A stretch of 64,000 nt of DNA from Eledone cirrhosa. Taxonomy: Eukaryota. The DNA is taken from NCBI GenBank assembly GCA_964016885.1, contig OZ024742.1, positions 99,882,001-99,946,000 of the forward strand. The letters are read 5' to 3'. The notes beneath the pieces were generated by a model that did no database searches, was not told where the DNA came from, and worked only from the letters and a program-made list of their open reading frames with translations. Each line of letters opens with the position of its first letter. Within the stretch, counting starts at the first letter, position 1. A program made the position numbers and the translations under genes. Of the stretch, positions 1 to 16,875 are shown one piece after another.

Positions 1-11
1 ATATATATATA

Positions 12-108
<97 letters not shown>

Positions 109-380
109 GTATATGCATTGACAGACGTACAGATAAATATAAGTGTATAATGCAGACATGTGTAGCTCACGTGAAAAGGTCAGTCCAATGAGAAGGACAA
201 TTACGACAGAGAAGCGACTAGTTCAAACTATTAAGAATCAACTGCCAAGATTCTTTGTCATAGTTAAGACATCTTGGAGCCGGACATACCGAAACTTGTG
301 GCTTACATTCTCTGACACCCATACACACATTTATACACATATACACATATATACACTCACACGCTCTCATACATATATAC

Positions 381-470
<90 letters not shown>

Positions 471-545
471 GTATATACGTATATACATATATATATATAT
501 GTATATACGTATATACATATACATATATATATATATGTATATATG

Positions 546-579
<34 letters not shown>

Positions 580-620
580 CGTATATATATATATATATAT
601 ATATTGACACACACACACAT
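1..620. repeat. (TA)n / (CA)n compound microsatellites
   Basis: Long TA tracts at 1-110 and ~370-605. These explain the YIYI ORFs. Similar tracts recur throughout 1-34 kb. Confidence 0.95.
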
Positions 621-1441
621 ATGCCTATAGACATAAACATACACAGACATATCCATAGAAGCATCTATACAAATATCAACTTAAATACCTATAATATCTT
701 AGTCCATTTACTAATGACCCCTTCAGTAAGCGAAATATCAACCATATAAACCACGCATATACAAGAAATAAGATGACGGCCTCATTAGGCTATGGGCTTG
801 CTCATTTCTTCCCAGGGAAACTACACGAAAAGGCAACAATCTGTAATTATGTACTTATTCACGCACGCTATTTAGTGCGTGTGTATGTGTTTGTGTTTTC
901 TCTGTGCTTTCCACTATATATGATTGTTTAGTGTATATGAATGTGTGTGTGCGTGTGTGTGTGTGTGTGTGTTTCGATGTGTGTGTGTTTGTGTGTGTCT
1001 GTGCATGTATGCGACTGTGCATGCGTGCTTGCCTCTGTGTTTATTGATTGTGCCTGTTTGTGTGTATGTGAAAGAGATGTCTTCGTGTGTTGTTAGTGAT
1101 TCTGTATGTTTATGTATGTATGGCTTTATGTGTGTACTTAATACGTTTGAATGTTTTGTATCATTATGTGTGTGTATGTGTGCATTTCTGTGTTTCCAAG
1201 TCTGTTTGTGTATGTAATTCTGTTTATGTGGAGCAATACACATAAGCACGAGATCATATTCTTCGTGTCCTGTGACATACAATAATCACTAAAACTCTGA
1301 CCAACTGAGTCGGTGATGAGGTTTCGATTTTAGGGCTTCGTCAGTCACTTGGCTTACATATCGGAGGGGGGGGGGGGGTACATGAATGTTATAAGCTAAC
1401 ATTTCTCATAACACTTTCAGCTTTCAGATATTTAATGAGTG

Positions 1442-1646
<205 letters not shown>

Positions 1647-2640
1647 GTGGAAATTGTAGTGGAAACGCTGCCCTGTTACCAAACTGTAATATTTTTGATA
1701 GTTCAATAATTAATTCGCTGATCACGGGTTCAAATTCTACCTCGGGTGCACAATTCTACCTTGTATCTGCACAGATCGATATATATGCAATAGATCAATA
1801 GATAATAATTCCTATTTCCACTGCCTCCTGTAGATATTTGAAATATAGAAATTTGAAAAATTATGATGTTCTGACCTCATGTTTCGGTAAAGGAAATCAC
1901 TGGCCCCATGTGAGCACTATATTATACCTTCTAAATATAACAGCCAATTCTCCCTCAACACCATTCCGTTTCTGGAAAAGGAAGAGTATATAGGTTAATG
2001 TAATTCTATATATGCCTGAAAATACCTGAGTGTCATTGTTGGATATATTTGTCTATAAGGAAGCTCAATCGAGGCTTTCCTATGGATAACGAACAACAAC
2101 AATAACCACTACCTCCTGTTATTTCTCTTGGCCCCGTGACTTTCCATATTAACAATCCACGAGATCAGATAACAGTTTCTTAGCTTCCTATAAATAAGAG
2201 ACAAATCTTCCTTAAAGCAAAAGAGTTCTAGAAAATGAATACAAAAAAATAGATAGGACAGCGTTAATCGAAAACACAATTCAATAAGTAATCCTACACA
2301 ATAAGTAGTATGAATTGTTGTATATAGTTTATTTAATGTCCAGGCAAAGTGGGGACATTTTTAAGAAAATCAAACCGACATTCGACACGTATGTATTGGA
2401 ACCAAAGCTATGGGCATCTAACAAATTCAAATTAAAGCAATTTGTTCAACCCTATTTCAGATGTATCGCAATAAAATGAATAATTCGCTACAACGCAAAG
2501 TTAAGATATCTAAAATATATTTATAGAAAATATATTTCGCTCTAAGGTCTCTTCAAATAAAGGAATTTTCCTTACAAATAAAGCTGTTTAAGAAAGTTGA
2601 CGCCAAAAATAGTATCAAATTTAGCTATATGTACTTATAT

Positions 2641-2721
<81 letters not shown>

Positions 2722-3031
2722 GCATGAATGTATGTATGCACACACCACACACACAAACACACACGCATATATATATATATATATATATATATAGGTGCTG
2801 GCAAATGATGAATGATGATAGGAATAACTTTCCTAAAACTAAAACCAGTTTCCTGTGATCCAAAGGATAAAGTCTGGTAACGCTTAAATAAAAAGACTTC
2901 GGTTGAGGATAAACCGGAATTAAATATACATATACATATATACATACACTCACGCTGACACACCATATAGAGAGTGAGAAAGCTATATAAATAAAAGGGT
3001 GTGTACGGAGAGAAATGGATATTCATTCTTG

Positions 3032-3085
3032 CATACATACATACATACATACATACATACATACATACATACATACATACATACA

Positions 3086-3114
<29 letters not shown>
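3032..3114. repeat. (CATA)n microsatellite
   Basis: Perfect tetranucleotide tract. Confidence 0.95.
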
Positions 3115-3118
<4 letters not shown>

Positions 3119-3158
3119 GTGTGTTTGTGTGTGTATGTGTGTGTGTATATATATATAA

Positions 3159-3301
3159 GGTGGCTGCCAGCTCGTTTTCGAGTACGGCCACTACTTTATA
3201 TCCATGTAAGAGAACCCCTACTGATGCGCTGAACGAGTGTGACTTTTTAGTCCAGCCAGCGACTTGAAAACTCTGGTACAAACACTACACTTGTGACAAT
3301 T
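3159..3301 (-). mobile_element. Short non-autonomous retroelement, probably a LINE 3' end, encoding a C2H2 zinc finger
   Basis: Minus strand reads [24 protein letters not shown] near-identical copy with the same ends lies at 18443-18590. Confidence 0.6.
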
Positions 3302-3815
3302 ATTGACACATAGTGCTGGGCCCATGGCACCATGTGACGACAAGTGCAGAGAGGTCTCCAGATATAAAGCAATGCCTATCCCGTGAAGCTTTTATAGTGA
3401 GCAAAGGCACTGCACAAAGCCAGTCCCACTCTCTTAACCAAGATGATATTTACCAAAAAGAAGAACAAGTCAACATCATTGGATACCATCAGGGTTGCAG
3501 GTGTTATATCAGAGTTTTCCTTCTCCTAGAATTCTGCCTTGACAAAAGCTAAGGGGTCATCTCTCCCGGTCATTTTGGATGGCCATTGACTCTTAAGAGC
3601 TCCTTTGCCCTTTGACAAGTTTTGTTTTTAGTCCTGCAGGATGTCCAAAGTCACCCTCCTCACCAAGAAACCTTGGTGGGGTTGCCAGTTTAGTCGCCAA
3701 CGACCCGACCATGAGACAGGTTGTACTGGGATACATGTTTCCAGTAGCACCAACTGGTGACCTGACATACATACATACATACATACATACATACATACAT
3801 ACATACATACATACA

Positions 3816-6740
3816 CAAAAAAACCTCACTCCTCAGCAACAAAGAACAAAAACAAAAAAACACTCCTTACCAACAAAGAGCAAACACAAAAAAAACTCAC
3901 TCCTCACCAACAAAGAGTGAAAAATAAAATAGAGACGATGTTTGGTAACAGTAGAACCAGAACTCTCCAATATAAGCTGATCACCCTCAAACAAGAATTG
4001 AGAGCTGTTAGCGAAAACGCCGATAACTGAAGAAGGTAGATGAGAGAAAAATGCTTAATAAAAGATTCAGACGAAACAAATCATCAGTCTATAGAGATAT
4101 GAAGGGCAAAATAATAAGTGTCACTGAGGCCCCATCCCAGAAAGACATAGATTCCTTTTAGAGAAAAATATGGGGTGAAAAGGAAAATTTCAACCAGGAT
4201 GCAGTGTGGCTAAGAAAAATCCGAAAGAACTATTGCTCCTACACTACAACAAAAACATACGAAATAAGTGAGGGTACCCTTGAGACTGATATAGGAAAAC
4301 TCCAAGATAATAAAACACCAGGAAGAGACATGATTGTCGGCTACTGGTATAAAAAGCTAATATTCTATCGGAGGTATCTTACTCACCTCTACCATCAAGA
4401 TCTTAAGGGAGATACACTTATACCAGAATGGTTGACATTAGCACAAACGTTACTGGTCCCCAAGAACAAAGACATCCACTTGGCAAAAAACTACCGACCC
4501 ATTGCATGCCAGAACCTGATGTATAAGATGTATACAGCCTACCTGAACCTATTCCTCCAAGATCACTGTGAAAATAATAACATCATCACAGATGAACAAG
4601 CAGCTGGAAAGAAAGGGGTTTGGGAATGTGCTGAACAACTCCTAATCAACAAAACTGCGATGTCGGAGGTGCGACAACTTAGGAGGAATATGACTACAGT
4701 CTGGCTGGACTACAGGAAAGCTTTCGATTTTGTTCCCCACTCTTGGATGATAGAGGCCCTCCAACTTGCTATTGTCAAAGACATTATTGTCAGAGCCATA
4801 GAGAGGCTGTCTTCTTGAGCTACTATCCTAAGTTTAAAGACAGAGAGGGAGGACTCTATTTTCACTGATAAAATAAAATATTGCAGGGATATATTTCAGG
4901 GGGACAGTCTCTGTGTGATATTGTTCATCTTGTCATTAAACCCCTTGTCCTTTCTGCTCAAGAAATGTGAGGGATACATCATTGGCTCACAGGAGGACAG
5001 AAATACGAACCTAACACATAATTTTTTTGTGGATGATCTGAAACTCTATGCCAAGAACATGGATGGGATGAAGAAAAATCTTGACCTGGTTACAACGTTC
5101 TCAAAGGATATAGGAATGGAGTTTGGCCAAGATAAATGCTCATACATGACTGTAAAGCGGGGAAAAACAACAACCCAATCTAGCAACATTGTCATCAAAG
5201 GCCTAACTGTTTCACCAATATCTGATGAGGAACGCGTAACCAGGGAATACTACACCCGATTAAGAAATTTCTGGTCATCGGAACTCTCTGCGCAAAACAA
5301 AACAGTGGCTCACAATGTGTTTGCTGTGCCTGTCCTAACACCAACGTTTGGAATACTCAATTGGACGAGCAGTTGATGTTGGAACTCGAAAAATACTGAA
5401 CAACACCGGAAACTTCCACATCAACAGTGATATAGACCGCCTTTACTTTAAACGTAAGCAGGGAGGCAGAGGCCTAACATCAGTCCAGATAACATTTGAA
5501 TGTCGCATCATATCTCTCCGACAACATCTACGAACCTCGAAGCGTAGGAGCCCGTTTCTCGAGCAAGTCTATCTGCATGAAACAGATAAGATCATGAGAG
5601 TTGGGAAGGAACTCCTTGAGAGATATTCCCTGTGTGATAATCAAAAACTCACACCCAGGGATATCGCTCAGCAGTATCGCAGTAAATCCATGGATGAAAA
5701 ACTGCATACCTATCAGCAAAAAACCATGCATGGATATGTTGCCAGGAAGCTCCAGAGTGAGAGTAATATAGATAAGGAAAGTAGTCTATCTTGGACCAAC
5801 AACCGCTATATTGGCTCCCACTTTGAAGGATACGCTTTTGCAATCCAGGAACAGGAGATTAGCACGAAATACCTGATTCACAAAAGAGATAGGGATGCAG
5901 GCAAAACACCTAGATGTGATAACAAGTGCAGACTCTACAGAACTAACATCGAGGATATCACCCATGTCATCAGCAGCTGTCCAAAGATGTCATCGCGGTA
6001 CTATCTACCTATGAGGCATGATGTAGTGGCCAAAACACTGTACAATGCAGTTCGTAAAAAAGACAGCCCCGATAAACTCATTAAAAGCTACAAGAATGTG
6101 GAAGACATCCATGTAAATAATATGAAAGAGTACTGGTGGAATGTTTCAGTAAAAACCCCAATAAAATGCAGGCATAACAGACCAGATATTATGATATGGG
6201 ACAGGGAGAAGAAAGCATGCACAGTAGTGGAAGTTAGCTGTCCAGCAGATGCCAATATAATATCAAAGATTAGTGAAAAGGAGAATATTTATGCAGAACT
6301 GATGAGAAATCTGCAGATACTCTACCCTGATTACACCTTCAGATTTATGCCTGTGATTATTGGGGCACTGGGGTATGTTAGTAACTGCCTCAATACAAAT
6401 CTTGAGAAGCTAGGCTTCAAAGGAACAGAAAGAATACAACTAGTTAGGAAATTACAAGTACAATCCATTAATGGAACAGTAAAAATATGTAAAACATTCC
6501 AAAAATGTTGCATCTAATAACTGCATATACACATGTACAGATATAAAGCATGTACACATGCACACATACAACTCAAAACATCCACATCCACACATACAAT
6601 AACATCCATATCTACACATGCATACATACATATCTACCTAGTTGATGTTGTGTAAATTCCAATGAGAGAGTCTTGTGTCTATGTTAGAAACCGACTCTCT
6701 CTCTATTGGTAAAACTGTGTGAAATTATAAAACCAGAAGA
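3816..6740 (+). mobile_element. 5'-truncated R4/Dong-clade non-LTR retrotransposon (RT + CCHC + restriction-like endonuclease)
   Basis: RT motifs NYRPIAC, WLDYRKAFD, RGIFQGDSL, FFVDDLKLY. C-terminal CRL..EDITHVISSC, RHD, RPDI, VEVSCP. Flanked by (CATA)n at 3765-3815 and 6741-6792. Confidence 0.9.
4204..6517 (+). pseudogene. Disrupted RT-RLE ORF of the R4/Dong element
   Basis: ORFs 4204-4818 and 4915-5376 are in frame across TGA 4816-4818. Frameshift near 5370 into ORF 5348-6517. Confidence 0.88.
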
Positions 6741-7321
6741 ACATACATACATACATACATACATACATACATACATACATACATACATACATTATAAAGA
6801 TATCAAGCTATGAGACAACCTTTAGAGTTCTAATACCCTATTTGGTGTCTAAAGTTAGAGAAGGGTGGATATATCCTCGTATCAAATTTGCATGATGGAT
6901 TGTTTCCACAACTCAGAGTGGAACGTTCCGGATGGCGGTATTTGGTATGTTTTAAATAAATGCTGATATTATATATCTTTGGACCATTAGGTTTCTGTGG
7001 TGATTTATGCTCGATCTCAGAAAACTAACTAGATGTTTATTTGTTTATATAGGATCGCCACACCACCATATTTTTTTTGTGATTTTATATATGGTATTTG
7101 TTTGTGAATTGGTAGAGTTCCTATAACCTCAAATAAAAGGTTATACGGCGATCTGAGTTCAAATCGCATGAAGTTTAAATTTGATTTTCATCGATAAGTA
7201 AAGTATAGTATTGGTGTTCATGTTCTCATTGAAGGCATGTTAGAAATGTATGTTGGAAAAGCAGTGCTTATCGAATCGATAGACAGCCCGCTGTATATGC
7301 ATATATATATATATATATATA

Positions 7322-8291
<970 letters not shown>

Positions 8292-8405
8292 TCAGCTACC
8301 GCTGGAACAATGGTCATCTAATACGTGGTGTTTATTAGGCTATTTGCTGGCAAACACACCAAATATTAATATTATGATATTATTATAATATTAATATTCA
8401 CTCAC

Positions 8406-8492
<87 letters not shown>

Positions 8493-8549
8493 GAAGAGAG
8501 AAGAAACATTTAGATATAATTAGTAATAAAATGTATCATACCTAAACTG

Positions 8550-8787
8550 CTCCTAGATTCCTCGACTACGTAGTTTCGTGGCATATATCCAGGAGGTGTA
8601 ACTAGGAGTTACTGCAGGTTCACCCGGGAAAGTACTCGATGTTTAGGTTCACTTCTGTGATGAGGTGTAGAGCTATACAGAGTGTAATATATTGAAAGGA
8701 TAAGAAGGACGATTGATTACTCCTTCATTGCATTTATTGAAGTCATAAATGCAATGAAGGAGTAATCAATCGTCCTTGTTACCCTTT

Positions 8788-8794
<7 letters not shown>
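8550..8794. mobile_element. Penelope-like terminal remnant with a ~100-bp hairpin
   Basis: Hairpin 8688-8794. 8585-8690 resembles 20690-20795. Minus strand ~8560-8578 reads GAAAC-TACGTA-GTC-GAGG, a hammerhead 3' half. Confidence 0.5.
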
Positions 8795-8836
<42 letters not shown>

Positions 8837-9601
8837 TTGTTATGCGCTCATTCTGCGAGAGGCAGTTAAAAGTAATCAATATGTGTGTGGGCGGGTGTGG
8901 GTGTGTGTGTGTTTGTGTGTGTTTTCAATAGTGTGTGTGTATATGCGCTTGCATGATAGTGTATGAATATATATTTCTGTATATGTGTGCAAATTTTCAT
9001 CATTCCATCCAAAAATTGTAAATATTTAATGTATGTATGTCTATTTCGAGAGTCCTTTTGGAAGAAAAAACTGTAGTGAAATATTATGCATAACATTCAC
9101 TTCATTTAAACTGAAACACCCACCAACCATGTCCTATTTTCCATACCAGGGCTATATTCTCACCCCGCCTTCCCATGCCATCTATTATCCCTCTAGGATA
9201 TCGCCATATAGACATATATATTATAATATATTATATATACGTGTGGGTATGTGTATGTGTCTTTACAAACATAATTGAAATATTTAGAAGGAAGGAAGTA
9301 CAAAATAATGAAATGATCATTAAAAGACCCCTTCCAGTCCTGATATAGAATTTCAATATATGTATACATACATACCAACAAATATTCGCACGCACTTACA
9401 CACACATACATACACACATACACACATACACACATACACACACACAAACACACACACACATACACATATACACAGGCTCATGTATATACATATACACTGA
9501 CTCACTGATATATAAACGCACAGGGATATACACGTACAAACATATATATTGTACATATATATATACATCTATATATATGTATATATATATGTATATATAT
9601 G

Positions 9602-9670
<69 letters not shown>

Positions 9671-9787
9671 GTATGTATATATGTATATGTATATATGTGT
9701 ATATATATGAATATATATATATATATATATATATAAATATATACGCATACAAATACATACATATACATACACACACACGCACTCATA

Positions 9788-9872
<85 letters not shown>

Positions 9873-10054
9873 ATACAATAAATGAATGGGTACTCAATAC
9901 GTGTACGAAGAGTGCAAAATATATTTTCTTATTGGAATCGCGGCAGTGATTTCGAAGTTTTAACTTGGTTACAGATGATGCGACAAAACCGACATTACTG
10001 CCAATTTACTACTCAGACATTATCTATATCTCTATATATGTATCTATCCAGCTA

Positions 10055-10099
<45 letters not shown>

Positions 10100-10144
10100 C
10101 TATATTCATCTATCTATCTATCTATCTACCTATCTATCTATCTA

Positions 10145-10420
10145 GGGCGAGTAAAATCCCGAGATCCACGGACGAGTTCTCTCCAGTGGTTTCTGTCCCT
10201 CATTATCGCTGCCATGTCCTGCGTCTCCAACAGACCAGTGTCTGTCCTTAGGGCATCAACATACGCTAACCTTGGTCTTCCTCTTCCAGTGTGCCCACGG
10301 GAACACTGAATGCAGTGTCAACTCTGGATATCGGTGAGCATGTCCAGCCAACCTCAGTCTCCTCTGACTTTTGGGAGGCACCCATTCAGCTCTGAGTTTT
10401 TCATCCTCAGTGTATATTGA
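10145..10420 (-). mobile_element. RTE-type LINE 3' fragment
   Basis: Minus strand reads GRGRPRLAYVDALRTDTG...IMRDRNHWRELV, typical of the RTE C-terminus. Abuts (TCTA)n. Confidence 0.7.
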
Positions 10421-10448
10421 TTAATGTTCAGAAAAGAAATATAGAGAG

Positions 10449-10583
<135 letters not shown>

Positions 10584-11101
10584 ATATAAAGCATATATAT
10601 ACACGTATATACACAAATACATACATATACATTTATACATACATACAAAAATGGACTCAGACATACATACATACTTACATACCTACATACATACTTACAT
10701 ACCTACATACATATACGTTAATACATATATGCCCACAATCATACATAAGTATATAAATACATAACTACATACGTAAATACATTGTCTGCAATTACCACCA
10801 CCATCCATTCCAGCCTCCTTCCGTACTATTACCATTATCACGTTTCCACCCAGCAACCCCTCCACTGGCAGCACCCATCAGGCAATAAGGCAATAGGAAT
10901 GGGCCTACTCTGCTTCGTTCCCATCTGTAGAATAACTTGCATGGAACATACATCAAAATGACAGACGTTCTGACAAAGACGTCTTAACTTGCTAGACGTT
11001 CCAATGAGAGGAGCATTAATGTGTTTTTTATGAATATTTTACTCATTTATTGCTCACCAATTTCATCCGCCAATCCACCCATTCCCACGCATATACGTAA
11101 T

Positions 11102-11132
<31 letters not shown>

Positions 11133-11136
11133 TATA

Positions 11137-11230
<94 letters not shown>

Positions 11231-11477
11231 TATATAGCCTTATAGCTAGATACACGTATACGTATATGCACATACGTACGTACACGCTCTTGTTTCTTTA
11301 TGGCTCTTATTCTTCGACACTAACTTCCTCAGTATATCCGTCTGTCTGTCTCTTTCTGTTTCTCGTTTGCTTATCTAAGCCAAAAGTAATTAATGGCAGC
11401 ACACTACTACAACACCCTAGTCCCCCCCCCCCCGCACTCAAGCTCCCTCATACACACATATATACATATTTTCCCAA

Positions 11478-11566
<89 letters not shown>

Positions 11567-11642
11567 CCATTGTTACTAAACGCTTATACATCGTTCTCTA
11601 CGGGAAAATCCATCATATAAATAGTTGTGTGCCTATTTACAT

Positions 11643-11687
<45 letters not shown>

Positions 11688-11746
11688 TGTGTGTGTGAAT
11701 GTATATATATATATGACTATGAATATGTATATATATATTTATACAC

Positions 11747-11820
<74 letters not shown>

Positions 11821-12145
11821 AATGTAGTGCAATGTATGAATGTACATATATTTATATATACATAGATACATTAATGTGTGTATATGTATGAATTTATGCA
11901 TATATGTATTTATCTACATATATGTATGTATTTCTAGATGTAAAAGAAGTGTATATATGTAAAAGAGTGGGTGGAAGAGCCAACAAAATAATCCACAATC
12001 AGTAAAACGCAAGATGAAACTAGGATATATTGATTTTACCAATTCCCGATTCTATGTTCACACGTATGTTCAAACACACATAAACACACATGCACACATA
12101 CAGACTCACTCCCACATACACGTTCTCTCAACAGCCCTTAAATAC

Positions 12146-12179
<34 letters not shown>

Positions 12180-15074
12180 TGTTTGTTTTTGCCTGTATGT
12201 TTGTGTGAATAAGTGCGTGTGTGTATGTGTGCTTCTAGATTCTGGTCATTGCCATAATAAAATCGGCTGAGATGAACTTTAAGCCAAACAATTGCTCTAT
12301 CTGTGCATTTGTGGGTTAAACATCACGATAAAATCTTTTGAACTAATGTGTTTTAGTTTATGCTTCCTTGGGCTAAATAAAAGGGTTAGTATATTAGTAT
12401 TAGTACAATATTGTAGAATTATTCTGAAGCATTATGCTTGTGTTTTAATAATTGGGGTTGTGTATGTATAGTGAGAGGGACTAATTGAAATAGACAGTGT
12501 TATTACTGTATTGATCTAGTGCTCTGTGGTTATTTCATTCCGGTCAGCTCTGATCAAGAAGATTTATGATATAAATCAACCGAGCTGTGGCAATCACATC
12601 ATTTTTTAGACAATTTATTTTGTACTACTTCAACCGATATATTTGTTGTGATTTACATGGAATTTTGCTGCTTTTTCTAGTTGGTCAAGTAATCAGGAAA
12701 AGGCACACTCGCTGGTTTTGACCCTCTGTGAATATTATGCTTAGATATTTGATTGTGTACATATACAATCTGTAACAGCAGGGTGATTATTATTGTTATG
12801 GGCTCTGATTGGTGTATCTAGATATTTGGAAGACTACTAATGCCAGCAATGATTCAGTCTATTATAGTAGTGTGCTGTTGTGTTGTAGTAGTGTAGTAGT
12901 GTTCTTTGGTGCGGTAGTAGCGCTGTATTAGTGTTCTGTTTTGTTGTCGTAGTGTAGTAGTAGCATTCAGGGATGTTGTAATAGTATTGTAATATTGTCT
13001 TTTGATATTCCAAAGTGTTGTAGTACTGTTGCAGTGGTGTTCTGAGGTGTTAGTAGTAGTGGCGTAGTTATGTTCTGAGGTGTTTTAATAGTATTGTGTG
13101 GCGTAATAATGTTGAAGTACTGTAATGGTGATGTAGTAGATATGTCTAAGGGGATACGATTTATTACTTATGGTTCTAATGTTTGCAATAAGAACAATGG
13201 AAGTATACAACTTAGTTTAATGTGATTTCGATGTTGGTGAGGAAATTAATGCGCTTGATAGCTTAGTCAGTGGATATAGACTGTATCAATGACCTTTCTC
13301 AAGGTATTTGTGACTGGTGAACGGAAGCAACGAAGTGATCTTTAGGCTGGGGACATTGACAAAATAGTTACAACTAAGTAGGCGCTTTAAAAAACAGTCT
13401 AGGACCATATGACTATGTTAAACCGAGTTTTACCCCCAAAACAGGAACGGTCTCTTTGATGTGATTCCACATAATTTCCGTCAACCAAATTTTATTCACA
13501 TTCAACGAGGCTCTAGTAGAAGACACATGAGCAATGTGCTGCACAGTAGAATTGAACCGAGATAGATATACCTGCAATATGAGCCTCATAAACACACATT
13601 GATGATAGTTGTGTTAAAGCTTTTTTTTCACGGTTAATGTTACGAATATTTACAGAGTGGGGATATACTTATAGTATTAAGGCCCTCTTTAGACGGCTGG
13701 AGGGCCCGGAAATTGAAGTAGTTTGATACGGATAATTAAGTTTGAAATATTGAAGGTTGAATGTGTGAAGGTTAAATATAGACTGGGTAGTTGCTCCTGG
13801 CAAGTCTAAGACAGGAAGGTTATGGTAAACGTTTAGTAAGTAATACTTCCGTTTCTTTATATTTTATTTACTCTCGTTGTTGTAGCTTTTATTCTTGCTC
13901 AACTTGGATTGGAAGAATCGTTAAATGCTCTCCGGTATTTGTTCCGGCTTTTTACATTCTGAGATCAAATAACACTAAGATCAACTTTACTTTTTATATT
14001 TATGGGTCGATAGAATAAAGTAACACTTAAAGTTCCCTACTCCAGATCGTTAGTTTTATACCTGAATTAAAACCATTAATGTCATTTGACCAGACCTGCC
14101 ATGTGGTTGTTGCTGATCATTTTGAAGCTAGTTCTGTTGTCGTCGTTGTTTGGGTTTTTTTCTTTTTGGTTTGTTTTTACTTGTTTTTCTTGTCTCTGTT
14201 AATGTTAGTGTTGCTTTGAATCATATCCTGCTGAGGTCAGCTTACCCACTCACCTTTCCGGAGTCCATAAAATAAAACACCAGTCAAGTACAGGGCTTTT
14301 TATAATCAACGTCCCCTCTCCCAACAAATTCCAATTGTTTTGTTGTTTCTGATGTTTTTATCGTATCATATTGCGCAGATTATGTGTAATGTGAGTTGTG
14401 TTATTTTGTTAGGTGGTGTTTATTTTGCAAATGTGGATTACTTCATTTTATGTCTTTTGGTGTCAGGCAGTGTTTATGCGGAGTATTTGGTGTGTGGATT
14501 TTGTTATGTGGGCAATTGGTTAGAACTTGGGTTATGTAAGTTTGATGATTTGTTGGTATTATAGTGATGAGCAACAATTATGCAGGAGTTGTTATTTTAT
14601 CGAGTGTTGATCATGTATAGTATGTTTTTGCGGGTTTTTTTCTTTTTGGCGGGGAGGCGGGATTAAAGTGACAGATTTAAAATATTTCGGTTTTTTTTTA
14701 TATTCCTTGTTCAAACCTGGCCGATGTCATCTTTGTTTTTCATCCTTTCGGGTTCGATAATAAAATAGCAGGGCTATGGAATGACTGAATGGTTAGAATG
14801 GCGGCCATGCTGACTTCTGTTAACGCTTTCAAAGCTTTATATTTTGTGATCGACTGCGACGTCGCTGGGGCTAATCTGTATCGCCTGTTGCCATTCATTT
14901 AGCCTAAACCTGAGGCATGTAGAGGAGAGGCCGGCATGCATGGGTGACTGCATGTTTTTCACAACACCTTGCCCACCTCTAAGCATAAGAGGGGATCATT
15001 CCAAGTGCAGACCCATGGTCAACCATGGCCGAAGGCAGACTTAGATATGTTATCTAATTGGGTGGCTATCAAAC

Positions 15075-15350
15075 GTTTTAAGTTCAAATCCTAGCGTGCT
15101 CAACATTGCCTTTCATCCTTCCACAATCGATAAAAAAAATACCTGTCAATTACTAGTGTTAACATAATCGACTTTCCTCTCCCCAAAAACTGCTGACTTT
15201 ATGGTCTGAGTTCAAATCCCGCTGCGGTTAACTTTGCCTTTCACCCTTACGGGGTCGATAAAATAAAGCACCAGTAACGTACTGAGGTTGATTTAATCGA
15301 CCCCCCCCCCCAAAAAAAAAAAAATTACTGGCCTTGTGCCTATACAAGAA
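15075..15350 (+). mobile_element. Two tandem degenerate tRNA-derived SINEs (family 1)
   Basis: B-box GTTCAAATCC followed by core GCCTTTCATCCTT..GGGGTCGATAAAATAAAG..CCAG, twice. The core resembles the Meta-domain SINE core (recalled, not verified). Confidence 0.75.
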
Positions 15351-15745
15351 ATCATTATTATTATTATTAAGATGAATTTTGGGAAATGATTTAATTTGTT
15401 GTTTATTTGTTAGTATTCCTGGTGTTTGAAAATAATTATACTTCTATTTCCGAAAAAGAAATACATATAATAAATAATAAAAACAATTTTAATAACTAAA
15501 TTATCTTATGGCACTTTCTCACATCCAATTGATTCTCATTGACCCAAACCGCTGCCTAGGGTGACTTACTCTGGCGTTCCTGATTGCAATGAAAGCTGAG
15601 TTGTAATCTAAATACCTAACTTCTGGTGATAAATTTTCTTACTTACCTACTTCCGAACTGATTACCTCTTTTAACAATTCTCACTCTCTCTCTCTCTCTT
15701 TCTTACATATCTATTTTCCTATTCTCCCCGCCGGTTAAAATGCTG

Positions 15746-15875
<130 letters not shown>

Positions 15876-16300
15876 TAATACATATTTATATTCTCATACA
15901 TACACATGAAGATGTATACCGGATGTGTGTATGTGTGTGTATGTGTGTACGGGCGTGTATGAGTGTATGAGTGTATATTTGTGTCAGTGTGTCTCTCTGT
16001 GTGTGGGTATGTCTGTTTGCGTGTGCTTTACCTTCTTCTAGGAGGTTTCTCGGTAGTCTAAATGATAGGGACCACAGTCCGTACCCTGAAAAACAATGCG
16101 AAATGTATCATCTTGCTTAAGAACACAATGCGCAACCATATGATCGTGTGTGTCGGACACCCTAACCACTAGGCCAGGTGCCTTTAAGAGCACAGATACT
16201 CATACACAGATATACATCCACACATACATTTATACTTTTGTATCTATATATATATATATATATACATAAGTGAGTGTGCGAGAACATTTGTATGCATATA

Positions 16301-16341
<41 letters not shown>

Positions 16342-16832
16342 TGTGTGTGTGTGTGTGTGTGTGCCGCCCCCAATTCTACCAACACCACCACCGTCAACAC
16401 CGCCACCGCAGACGTCGTCGCAACACTATAATAATATTGTAATGTAGGTCTCATATGTCATACATTATCCATTGTCTTTCGTTCTGTCAGAGAAACATCT
16501 TAAATTCCCTATTCATATTATCTTTCTATTATTTTAACCTTTTACTAACGCTACCACAATACCACAATGTATATGTATGTATATATATCTATATATATAT
16601 ATATATTTATATGTGTGTGTGTGTATGTATATGTGTGTATATACACATATATATATTTGTGTGTGTGTGTGAGTATGAATAAATGTATGTATATATGTAT
16701 ATATATTTATATATATATATATATATTGTTATACTTTAGGAGGGTCATGTTGGCAATATATATATATATATATATAGGAAAAAGGTCAGGACCCCGACGG
16801 CTGAGCTCCGGCCGTTTCGACAGCTAGGTCTG

Positions 16833-16869
<37 letters not shown>

Positions 16870-16875
<6 letters not shown>

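Noticed and set aside
1311-1350. Minus-strand CTGACGA...GAAAC hammerhead-like motif
   Set aside because: Stems II and III do not pair; at most a decayed remnant.
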